A DNA stretch of 63,182 nt, filler included, from Octopus bimaculoides (lineage: Eukaryota), in assembly GCF_001194135.2 (NCBI RefSeq). It is 5 parts of 5 records of this genome, joined end to end, with 100 filler letters (N's around TTAATTAATTAA, not from the genome) between each part and the next. Parts side by side here need not be neighbours in the genome. Positions count along the whole stretch, not along the records: positions 39,237 to 56,323 come from NC_068985.1; positions 56,424 to 59,703 come from NC_068986.1; positions 59,804 to 63,182 come from NW_026309213.1; 2 more parts are not named here. One strand, 5' to 3'. The notes under the pieces are model-generated. The model worked only from the letters and a program-made list of their open reading frames with translations. It was not told where the DNA came from and did no database searches. The translations under genes were made by a program, and so were the position numbers. Below, piece after piece: positions 52,745 to 63,182 of the stretch; the first letter of the stretch is position 1; every line of letters begins with the position of its first letter.

Positions 52745-52955
52745 CTTGATTTTCATGGTGTATAAATGACCGAGGTTGCAGCTTCTCCCGAATGGAACAG
52801 CACTCCATTGTAGAGTTACTCATTTACAGCTAAGTGGACTGGAACAAAGTGAAATGAAGCGTTTTACCCAAGAACACAACGCACCATCCGATCCGGGAAT
52901 CGAAACCATTATGTTGTGATCGTTAGTGCCAGACTCTAACCAATAGATCATGCGC
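52745..52955 (-). mobile_element. tRNA-derived SINE, family D (diverged)
   Basis: Reverse-complement head GGCGCATGATCTATTGGTTAGAG..GGTTTCGATTCCCGG followed by GTTGTGTTCTTGGG. Confidence 0.6.
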
Positions 52956-53292
52956 CGTCGCAGAGTTTATGCAGCTTATAACCACAACTTTAAATCCTCA
53001 CAGTTCCTGCCAATAAATGAACAGTCACCTCCAAACTCTTAAATCATTCTAGAACACTTCAAAGTGTCAGCCAGCGTGGTGGCCTCCACGTGATCTCTCG
53101 ATCTGTTACAAATAGCAACCAAACCGCTCTTAAATTACATCTAGATATCTCTAAAAGGACGGGGTGATCAAAGTTGGAACATCTTTGATCACAAGTCTGT
53201 TAAAACAAGGATGACCAAGGGCTAAACAATAGCTACAACAAAATCTTTAAAATAATATAACTCTAGTTCAACCGAAAGAAATATATACATAT

Positions 53293-53701
53293 ATAGGTGC
53301 AGGAGTGGCTGTGTGGTAAGTAGCTTGCTTACGAACCACATGGTTCCGGGTTCAGTCCCACTGCGTGGCACCTTGGACAAGTGTCTTCTACTGTAGCCTC
53401 GGGCCGACCAAAGCCTTGTGAGTGGATTTGGTAGACGGAAACTGAAAGAAGCCCGTCGTATATATGTATATGTATATATATGTGTGTGTTTGTGTCTCTG
53501 TGTTTGTCTCCGCAACATCGCTTGGCAACCGATGCTGGTGTGCTTATATCCCCGTAACTTAGCGGTTCGGCAAAAAGCGACCGATAGAATAAGTACTAGG
53601 CTTACAAAGAATAAGCTCTGGGGTCGATTTGCTCGACTAAAGGCGGTGCTCCAGCATGGCCGCGGTCAAATGACTGAAACAAGTAAAAGAGCGAAAGAGT
53701 A
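53293..53701 (+). mobile_element. SINE family A, full length
   Basis: tRNA-like head with A and B boxes, internal (TA)/(TG) tract, tail GACTGAAACAAGTAAAAGAG. Confidence 0.93.
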
Positions 53702-54013
53702 TATATTTAAAAAAATCCAAATAAACGGAATAATCTACAACATTATTATCCCCGACACTGCAACGATGCAGACTGGCAACTTTTCTCCGACTCGACTGTG
53801 ACCGTCACTTGAATCTGCGTGCGTACAGAGATAGACTGGGTTGTGAGAAGAGTGTAACAAATCCCAAACGTCGTTCTGCACTCCTCCATACTATTAATTA
53901 CAACGTATCGGAGTGCGAAGTACGGTCTCCAGATAGGCAGAAGCATGGTGTAACTGGAAAACTAGATTTGCGGGCCACGCCTAGTCGTTACCCCCAACTA
54001 CTTATGCGTTATA

Positions 54014-54238
54014 AAGAGTGCTCAAAGAGTCTCTCCGCAATAAGCATTTTATTGCAAAATAAATGGTATAAGACTACAAAAGAATGTATTAGACTTTACA
54101 ATACTTTTAAAAAACTTTATAAGCCGTGTTGAAATTGTCGTCCTTCATTTTCAATACGTAAGGTAACTCTTCTACACATGTTTTAAGATACATCAAGATG
54201 AAAAAAATTCACTGCGGAGAGACCTTTTGAACACCCTG
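54014..54238. mobile_element. Tc1/mariner-type MITE
   Basis: Imperfect ~27-bp TIRs (AAGAGTGCTCAAAGAGTCTCTCCGCA vs the reverse complement CAGGGTGTTCAAAAGGTCTCTCCGCA), TA on both sides. Confidence 0.7.
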
Positions 54239-55854
54239 TAGAAGTGAAGTACAATTACACAACAACAAACACTTCACCAGAAATCCTCTCCACTTCGGTT
54301 TCGACCAGCACCACCTTAACCTCGACTCCACTCAGTCTTATCAATTCGTTTCTGTCGAATCAAATAATGCATAAGAAATTTTCTGGCGAATAAATCTTAT
54401 CTTTTTTACATGCTCTACATTGCATGTCGATCAGTCCATTCTCCTATCATCTTCAGGTGCCCCATATTGTGGCATAATGAATAAAGTTTTCGAAACTTGA
54501 ACTGCCGAATATCATATATGTATTTATGGCGAATGCACTCAACAAGGCATCACCAATAATCCATCAAATCTACAAATAGAGCGGGGCCCCGTTTAAAGCT
54601 TTTGAGTCTAACATTGCCAACTCTCTTGGTAACCCTTACACTCAAATGTCTCCCAGTCGTGCTAGCCTTACCTTTACTCTGAAGCAGAGAAGATCGAGCG
54701 AGAGAAACTCCTCGATTGGTGAAAGGACCACCTAATGTAGTTAAACTAAGTTTTCGTTTTATTTATTTTTCTTCTTCTCATTATCAGTAATATAGAAACG
54801 TATAAAAGAGATGACGAAGGAATAAACCATTATGAATAGCATGGTCGCAGTCTAATGACTGAAACAAGTAAATAAGATAAAAGAAAAGAAGGTAGAATGT
54901 CTAATCTCAGCATTCAGTTTACTGAAGTTAAATCGGAACACGAACGAAAGTTTGTTGCGTTGACTCATTACGAGGCTGAAAGCAAAATAGTTGAGTGAAA
55001 GTGAGACACGTAATAATTAAAGTGTCATTGGAAGAAATTACTTTTATTTTCTTTCTCCCAGAATCCATTGCACCGTAGAGACAAGGCACGACTGAAAGAC
55101 TTGACTGTATGTAAAACATTTTAAATAATCCGCTTGTTGGAGCCCCCATCCTCTCTCTATCACTCTTTCTCATTCTCACTCTCTCCCTTTCTTTGTCTCT
55201 CGCTCTCTCTCTCTTTCTCTCTTTCACGTACGCGTTTTTTTCCCCTCTTTCATTCTGAGTCGCGCGCGTTCTTCTTCTCATATTCTCTGCTGCGCGTTTT
55301 CTCCCTCTCTCATTCTCTCACTTTCCCACCGTCTCTCTCTCTCGTTTTCTCTCTCTGTCTGTCTCTCGCTTTCTCTCACTCTCACCCCCTCCTTACCCTC
55401 TCGCTTTCTCTTACTATTTTCCGCCCCACCCCTAACTCTCTCTCTCTCTTTCTCCCCCGTCTCTCCAAACGACAGTCGAGAGGGATGGGGAAATTAAACT
55501 TCGTGTTGTTGGCCAATAAAACACTTGTCAAACAAACGGTGTTCCCGCTGCTTAGAGAACCATGAGTTATGTCTATCCATGATACTTGCAAATATGCAAT
55601 TTGGCCCGATTGACAATGAATTCTATTCGTCCACAATTCAGCACAGCCTCAGCAGGATCTATTTGAAGAATATTCCGATGTCCAATTAATTCTAACACCT
55701 ATGTCTCTTCAACCTACTTTTTTTCTCGAATCCAAGGACGCATAAGGCCGGTTACCTGGTTTCCATGTCGTGTTAAGTGACCAAGACTGCAATATTCCTT
55801 CTGAATGGGATGCTGGTTCGTTGCAGGGTTCTAGGTAAATCATTTTGAAGAGAG

Positions 55855-55980
55855 GAGCTACTCGAATACAACGTCCCCAGTGTTTAACTGGTACTTTATT
55901 TTATCAATCCCGAGGGAATAAAAGGCAACGTTTGACCTCGGCAGGATTTGAACTCAGAACGTAAAGATCCGGAAGAAATG
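55855..55980 (-). mobile_element. SINE family B fragment
   Basis: AACTGGTACTTTATTTTATCAATCCCGA..GACCTCGGCAGGATTTGAACTCAGAACGTAAAG. Confidence 0.78.
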
Positions 55981-56323
55981 TTTATATTTTGCATCTAAAA
56001 TTACTTGCTTAACGATAGCGTTAATACAAGGGCGTAAAACATACGACCTCTGACTCAGATCCGACCCACACCGGTGTTTGTTTAAAATGACGCCGACTAA
56101 TTAAAAAAAAAAAAAAAATGAAATTAGTTTTCAATTTTAGAATACTTGAGGCAATGGTATGTTTGCTTCCCAAGAACATGGTATCGGGTTCAGTACCACC
56201 ACATGTCTCTGAGTTAGTGTTATGTTTCCCTCGGGTGACTCGTAGAGATAACATAACGAGTTATACAATTTAATTATTACATTTATTGTTCAATTACATA
56301 CAAAGAACGCACTCACCCAATGT

Positions 56324-56423
56324 NNNNNNNNNNNNNNNNNNNNNNNNNNNNNNNNNNNNNNNNNNNNTTAATTAATTAANNNNNNNNNNNNNNNNNNNNN
56401 NNNNNNNNNNNNNNNNNNNNNNN
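56324..56423. other. Artificial scaffold linker
   Basis: 44 N + TTAATTAATTAA (56368-56379) + 44 N. Confidence 0.92.
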
Positions 56424-56724
56424 ACTTCTCAGAATGTATGAGGAGAAATATGTTTGCGGGTTATTGACATCACGCCCTGGAGGAATGAATAAGATGACAG
56501 GAGAATATCATTAAATTTATACAAAACTGTTTGATTGAATATTCTTCTTTCTCTCTTTTTCTTTTCTTTTTCTGTCGTCTTCCTTTTTCTTTCTTTCTTT
56601 CTGCTTATTAAAAAACTGACAAAAGCTGATGATGTCATTCTATCAACGTATGGACGCTGGTTACTCACGTTCATAGTTTACGTTTGGTTTCTGAAATTTT
56701 GAATTTTCAATCACCTTTTGGTTT

Positions 56725-56762
56725 GAACTTGAGAAAGACAGACGTTCTGTCGAAATGTTGTT
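56725..56762 (+). ncRNA. Degenerate hammerhead-like motif
   Basis: AAC-TTGAGAA-A-GACAG-ACGTT-CTGTC-GAAA-TGT-T-GTT; stem II perfect, catalytic box mutated. Confidence 0.35.
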
Positions 56763-57073
56763 AAAAAAATAAAACATCTAAAATCGCACTCTTCGTCTTG
56801 ACTATTTACCTTCATGAAGAGTTACGTCAATCCTCTTTTTAAAAATAATAATAGTAATAGTAATAATAATGATAACAACAACAACAACAATAATACTAAG
56901 AACTACAACAATTTATAGAGATGTTTCAAGCTTTTACAATTTGTCTCAAATTGTAGACTCTTGCGGTAATGTTATTTTTCGCCTTTTTCTTTTTTTTCTC
57001 AAACTATTTCATCGATTCTGGAGGAATGACAACCGTTAAATCGGAGGATCATCATCACTATCATCAACACCAT

Positions 57074-57074
<1 letters not shown>

Positions 57075-57139
<65 letters not shown>
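57075..57139. repeat. (ACT)n microsatellite
   Basis: Direct reading. Confidence 0.95.
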
Positions 57140-57467
57140 AGTTGCTGGTGCTTTTGTTAGATTAGCGAAGAGCTATTCTAGCTTATGATGTCGAAGACGC
57201 TGAGGGGGAGATGGAACAAGATGACGGCGTCGACAATGGTGGTGGTGGTGGTGGAGATGGTGCTGGTGGCGATGGTGATGATAACGATAGTGATGATAAG
57301 AATGAAGATGTGGAAGAAAAAGAAGAATACGTAGCCAGACAAACAGTTGAAAGGATATTTGAGGAATATATCTGAGAGATGACGAAACGGAGCACGTGAT
57401 TTCCTGATAACCACGTAGGCGTAAGGATCGATTTAGATTTACGTTAGACGATTCATTCACAGTTGTT

Positions 57468-57511
57468 ATTATTATTATTATTATCATTATTATTATTAAT
57501 ATTATTATTAA

Positions 57512-57583
<72 letters not shown>
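57468..57583. repeat. (ATT)n microsatellite
   Basis: Direct reading. Confidence 0.95.
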
Positions 57584-57584
<1 letters not shown>

Positions 57585-58427
57585 TCTTCCCATCAGCCTT
57601 CTATTCCCACTACCAGCATAGATTTCCTGCTTGACAAGAAATAGATCTTTAAGCTTTGCGTCGGTGCATGACAGACTCACAAGATCTGCACGTGAGGCCA
57701 ATAAAAAAAAAAATTCCTATCATTGATAGACTTATTTCACAAACGGAAATAGTCTTTCCTCTCTCTCTCTCCTTTTCTCTCTCTCTCACTCTCTATCTAA
57801 CTCTCTCTTTCTCTTTCTCTATGTCTCCATTACTCTTTTTCTTCGTATGTATTGTACACACTCACACACGCAGCCATATGTATGTATGAATGTATACATG
57901 TCTGTATATATACATGTGTGTGAGAGAGGATATATATATGTATGCATGTATGTATATATATATATACATATATATATATGTGTGTGTGTGTGTGTGCGTG
58001 TATATANNNNNNNNNNNNNNNNNNNNNNNNNNNNNNNNNNNNNNNNNNNNNNNNNNNNNNNNNNNNNNNNNNNNNNNNNNNNNNNNNNNNNNNNNNNNNN
58101 NNNNNNNNNNNNNNNNNNNNNNNNNNNNNNNNNNNNNNNNNNNNNNNNNNNNNNNNNNNNNNNNNNNNNNNNNNNNNNNNNNNNNNNNNNNNNNNNNNNN
58201 NNNNNNNNNNNNNNNNNNNNNNNNNNNNNNNNNNNNNNNNNNNNNNNNNNNNNNNNNNNNNNNNNNNNNNNNNNNNNNNNNNNNNNNNNNNNNNNNNNNN
58301 NNNNNNNNNNNNNNNNNNNNNNNNNNNNNNNNNNNNNNNNNNNNNNNNNNNNNNNNNNNNNNNNNNNNNNNNNNNNNNNNNNNNNNNNNNNNNNNNNNNN
58401 NNNNNNNNNNNNNNNNNNNNNNNNNNN

Positions 58428-58485
<58 letters not shown>

Positions 58486-58995
58486 CGTATGTGTGTGTAT
58501 AAATATATATCTGCATATGCATAAATACGTATAGAATGTATATGTACGTATTTATATGCATGAGTATGTAGGATATGAATTCGATTATTCTATCACTCTG
58601 AAGGGAAGAAAAATAGTGAGAAAGGGGTAACAGATAGAGAAGATAAATGAGGGAGAGATGATGGAAAACACTTCTTAGTCATTTTTCTCCAATCTATTTT
58701 CTTCTAATCGCTTGTCCCGTGATGCTCTGGTCAAAGAGCGTTGCTTTATATCTCTGCCCACTTCATGGCTTCATTTTCCTAACGTTCAGCTATTAAAAAA
58801 TGTCCGTTTTCTCACTGTTCTGATTTTTGGAAATAATTCTAGCTTCTCATTTCTTTAGATCGAATTTTTACCAATTTTTCTCTTTTGTTAACGTGATTGT
58901 TTTAGTTGTTATATTTATCGTAAATGGTGTTGTCCATGTCTTTGCTATTGTTGTTATTAAGAAAAGCTTTTGGTATACGAGCAAATCATCATTAA

Positions 58996-59028
<33 letters not shown>

Positions 59029-59047
59029 GATCATCGTCGTCATCATC

Positions 59048-59103
<56 letters not shown>

Positions 59104-59703
59104 TACAATTATTTATCAGTAAATGCTCCAGGAAAAGTATGATTGATCTTTCAGATGCAGGCTTTGAAATGTCATATTTGCTGTGGAGCGAATAGCTACG
59201 AGTGCAGATGTCATAAGTGATATATAATTCTATTTACATAAGTGGAATACGGACAAATGTCGAAAGCAGGTAGCACGGCAATGATTTGTAGTTTTAGTGA
59301 AGGTAAACAAAGCTGTTCTCAAACAGTGTTCGAGTTCTGGTTCTGGATATTTTCTCTCAATATTTTATATACGGATCAAGCGCGATTGTACATGAGTATT
59401 TGATTTGGGAAAATGATTATGCACAACGTGACATGAAAACGGAATGGCTACCAACTCACGCACATGCATGCACATAGTGACATGTAGTACACACACACAC
59501 GCACACAAACACACGGACACGTACACATACACACACACACCCATACACACATGCATATATTTGTTTCTGTGTCGAGTGATAAAAAAATATTTTACATAAA
59601 ACTGAAGGATTTGGTAGTACCCTTTGTTGAATACATATTTATTACTTCTTAACAAGGATAATGACTTCAAAGTTTTGGTCTGCTTAACCGACATGTATAT
59701 ATA

Positions 59704-59803
59704 NNNNNNNNNNNNNNNNNNNNNNNNNNNNNNNNNNNNNNNNNNNNTTAATTAATTAANNNNNNNNNNNNNNNNNNNNNNNNNNNNNNNNNNNNNNNNN
59801 NNN
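59704..59803. other. Artificial scaffold linker
   Basis: 44 N + TTAATTAATTAA (59748-59759) + 44 N. Confidence 0.92.
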
Positions 59804-59939
59804 TCAGATTATCATATAATATTTATGATTAAAGAATTATTTATCATCTTTTGAAGACAAGAAGAAAATGTTTTACTGAAGTTATATAAAGGTTTACATA
59901 AATTTGTGGATAATTTATTTTAATGAGAGGAGAAAAATT

Positions 59940-60791
59940 ATGGAAATTAAATTGTGTGAGAAGAAAGCTGGATTTAAAACACAATCTAAAGCCATTAATT
60001 TTCCAGATGATATAAAGAAAAAGGGCAAAGAAACACCCTATAACTGTGATATATGCGATAAATCATTCTCTGTCAAATGCCGCCTCAATAAACACAAACT
60101 TACTCATACAGCAGAGAGACCACATCGTTGTGATATCTGTGGTAAATCATTTTCTCATAACCGTCATTTAATTGAGCACATGCGCATGCATACTGGAGAG
60201 AAACCATATCACTGTGATATATGTGACGAATCATTCTCTGCTGTATGCCGCTTCAATACACACAAATGTTTCCACCCTGGAAGGAGACCGCATCAGTGTG
60301 ATATCTGTGGTAAATCATTTTCTCTTAAGTGTAATTTAACTATTCATATACGCATTCATACAGGAGAGAAACCATATCATTGTGATGTCTGTAGCAAATC
60401 TTTCTCCGTAGGAAGCAGCTTAACTAAACACAAACGTATTCATACAGGAGAAAAACCATTCCGCTGTGATGTCTGCAGTAAATCATTCTCTGGCAGTAGT
60501 GACTTAACTCAACATAAACGCTTTCATACAGGTGAAAAACCATATCAATGTGATATTTGTAGTAAGTCATTCACACAAAGTTCACACTTAACTGTACATA
60601 GACGTATTCACACGGGAGAAAAGCCATACCAGTGTGTTATCTGTGGTAAATCATTTTCTGAAAGTAGTCCCTTAACTCAACATAAACGTGTTCATACAGG
60701 AGAGAAACCATATCACTGTGATAACTGTGACAAATCCTTCGCTGCAATACGTAGCTTAATTCAACATAGACATATTCACACAGGGGAATAA
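59940..60791 (+). CDS. Tandem C2H2 zinc-finger protein (9 fingers)
   Basis: ATG at 59940 (MEIKLCEK..); nine CxxC..HxxxH fingers, mostly with TGEKP linkers; possible splice acceptor TCAG at 59804-59807. Confidence 0.9.
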   Translation: MEIKLCEKKAGFKTQSKAINFPDDIKKKGKETPYNCDICDKSFSVKCRLNKHKLTHTAERPHRCDICGKSFSHNRHLIEHMRMHTGEKPYHCDICDESFSAVCRFNTHKCFHPGRRPHQCDICGKSFSLKCNLTIHIRIHTGEKPYHCDVCSKSFSVGSSLTKHKRIHTGEKPFRCDVCSKSFSGSSDLTQHKRFHTGEKPYQCDICSKSFTQSSHLTVHRRIHTGEKPYQCVICGKSFSESSPLTQHKRVHTGEKPYHCDNCDKSFAAIRSLIQHRHIHTGE

Positions 60792-61329
60792 CCATATTTG
60801 TGTGATATCTGTGGGAAATCATTCTCTGAAAGTTGTCTATTAACTCTTCATAAACGAGCTTTATATATATTTTTTTTCTCTCATCTGGTGACAGGGTATG
60901 AAACGTGTCTTTGGGATCTGGAAATGAAGGCTAAACCTATGAAAAGGTATCATACTTCTTCTGCAAGTCCTAAGTTTATTAGCCAGCCATCGCTACATAG
61001 AGTCGTGGTGACTTGTTTTTTTTTTGTAATAAAAGCATCCTTCTTAGTTTTCTGGAACATGGCTGTAGAATGATATGCAACTGAGACATTGAAAAAGCTT
61101 AGAGAAAGCATTTAGAAGGAAGAACTCCCAGAAGAATCTGAAATCTTTCCACATTCATCAAAGCAATCCATGACCACACCTTTGACTGGATGGGATTGCC
61201 TAGGTTCGGTCCACTGCAGTATAGGGGCCTCAGCATGTTCTCTCCACCAACGACAGTCTAATGTGAAGGCCATAAATTTGAACATGAGATCCTAATGGTT
61301 TAATAAGACTGTGCTACCACACTTTCTCA

Positions 61330-61520
61330 ACATGGCTTGGCAAAGGGATGCTGTTTTTATACTCATACCCAGCTGTATTAAAGTCGATTAATCGATCCAA
61401 GCACTCAACACACATCTTTGTCAAGAAATCAGACAATTGGCAAATTTCCCTCAACCACTGTACAACATGGATCTGGTGCCTTCTAACTTCCACCTGTTCA
61501 GTACAGGGAAGAACAGTCTT
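61330..61520 (+). mobile_element. Mariner transposase C-terminal fragment
   Basis: FPQPLYNMDLVPSNFHLFS is a degenerate LPHPPYSPDLAPSDFHLF motif. Confidence 0.65.
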
Positions 61521-62211
61521 CATCATTATTCATTGTTTAATGTTTGTTTTCCATGTTGGCATGAGTTGGATGGTTTAACCAGAGCCAGCAAGATGGTTTG
61601 GTTTGTATGGCTGGATGCCCTTCCTTAATGCCAAACATTTTACACAGTGTGCTCACTTTTCACATTGTAGCGTCATCGGTCCTTACCATGTGGCCCACCA
61701 TGGGTGTCTTGCATGCAGCCCTAGCATGAGTGCATTGTATATGGTACCGACATTAGTGCTTTTTACACAGTGCTGGTATGGATCTTACTATGTGGTACTG
61801 CCACAGGACTCTTGCATGGCAAAAGCCCCTTGGGGATACTAATTTAATGACACAGAGGTGAAAGTTGTTGAGATGAAGATGGTACAACAATGTACACCTG
61901 TATTTTTTTCTAAATTGCAAGATTGTGTAAATGCTTCTCTTGTAATGGAAACAATGTTGAATGGTCCCTTTGGATGAAGGAATAGCACTCTTCCTGCAGG
62001 TAGAACTTGAAAGATCTGTATCGGTTTTTAAAATAGTTATGCCCTCTTTTATATTGCTTTCAGGAACAACTCCCCATCACCATATTTACAAGCTCAAAAT
62101 TATATATATAGGGGCGACCTAGCCACTACCAGTTTCTACTGGCCACTATTGAAACCTCACATGTTCTGAGACACTGCACTACTGATTTCCTCTGCAAAAT
62201 TGAAATAATGG

Positions 62212-62444
62212 AAGGCAGCGAGCTGGCAGAATCGTTAGCACGCCGGGTGAAATGCCTAGTGGTATTTCGTCTTCTGTTACGTTCTGAGTTCAAATTCCGC
62301 CGAGGTCGACTTGGCCTTTCATCCTTTCGAGGTCGATAAATTAAGTACCAGTTATGCCCTGGGGTCGATGTAATCGACTTAATCTCTTTGTCTGTCCTTG
62401 TTTGTCCCCTCTATGTTTAGCCCCTTGTGGGCAATAAAGAAATA
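62212..62444 (+). mobile_element. SINE family B, intact copy with TSD
   Basis: Perfect 16-bp TSD AAAATTGAAATAATGG (62196-62211 and 62445-62460); full head with GAGTTCAAATTCC B box. Confidence 0.95.
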
Positions 62445-63182
62445 AAAATTGAAATAATGGCAGACCATCTGAGAAAAGAGCCCTGTAAAGATCAGTGGTC
62501 GCTGCAGTGTTTGTTGCTTAGCATTTTCCATGGTATCTCCATCATGGTTGTGACCCCATGGAAAGGTTGAACACATCCTTTTTTCTGCGGTGTGTGTGAC
62601 CATTGCTCCTCCCCTTTCATCTAGTGCTGTTTCATACCATACCAAACACTTTCTTTTCCATTTGCTGTTTCATTGTTTCCTTGTAATTAAATTGTAATTA
62701 AATAAAATTGTTTCAAGTCTGAGCATGACAGAATCTGTAACATAATTTCAAGATGTAGTCTTTTGTGATTATTAACAGTAAGAAAGATTGTTTCTCTAAT
62801 CAATATTCACCAACACAGATCTGATTACACCATGTTACACGATCTTGTGTAGGTGGGTAGTAACTGTTATTTCCTATTCGCTTACCTCGAGAAAGTATGA
62901 AAAATGGCTAATATTCCCTTCAAACTTTGCTTTTGTTATGATATTTATTCAAACTCCAGCGAATCCCTCTCAATACATGATTACAATGCTCCTCCACTAC
63001 TCCTACTCGTTGTCAGAGATGTACATGATGTCGGCCACCAAGAGACATACTCAAATGGTTATGGTTGAGCAACTGACAACTAAATCTGTGGTACTGAGCA
63101 GAATATTTGATATATATGATGGTGCTCGGGAGGACACTTGTTCTAATCCACTTTGACTATTGCTCTCAGCTATGGTCACCAA

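Overview
AT-rich, microsatellite-dense eukaryotic genomic DNA, most likely from an octopus (inferred from the tRNA-derived SINE families, the C2H2 zinc-finger style and the sigma-GST). It consists of five assembly segments joined by artificial 100-bp N/TTAATTAATTAA linkers. Host genes are the three 3' coding exons of a sigma-class glutathione S-transferase (45255-48547, +; 5' exons not found) and a 9-finger C2H2 zinc-finger ORF (59940-60791, +). The rest is transposon debris: several SINE families; RTE, CR1/L2-like, Tx1-like and R4/Dong-like LINE fragments; a Penelope GIY-YIG fragment; hAT and mariner fossils; and MITEs. The most notable signal is a set of type-I hammerhead ribozyme (HHR) motifs. 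(1) A tandem pair 459 bp apart at 16423-16932 has non-LTR retrozyme (circRNA-producing) architecture. (2) A Penelope-like element carries a tRNA-like Pol III head plus an HHR-type tail; it is present as an endonuclease-bearing copy (7628-8315) and a short non-coding copy (10672-10843), each with an inverted 3' tail at the 5' end and an 11-bp target-site duplication. (3) Two further HHR motifs of other families lie at 17324-17358 and 56725-56762.
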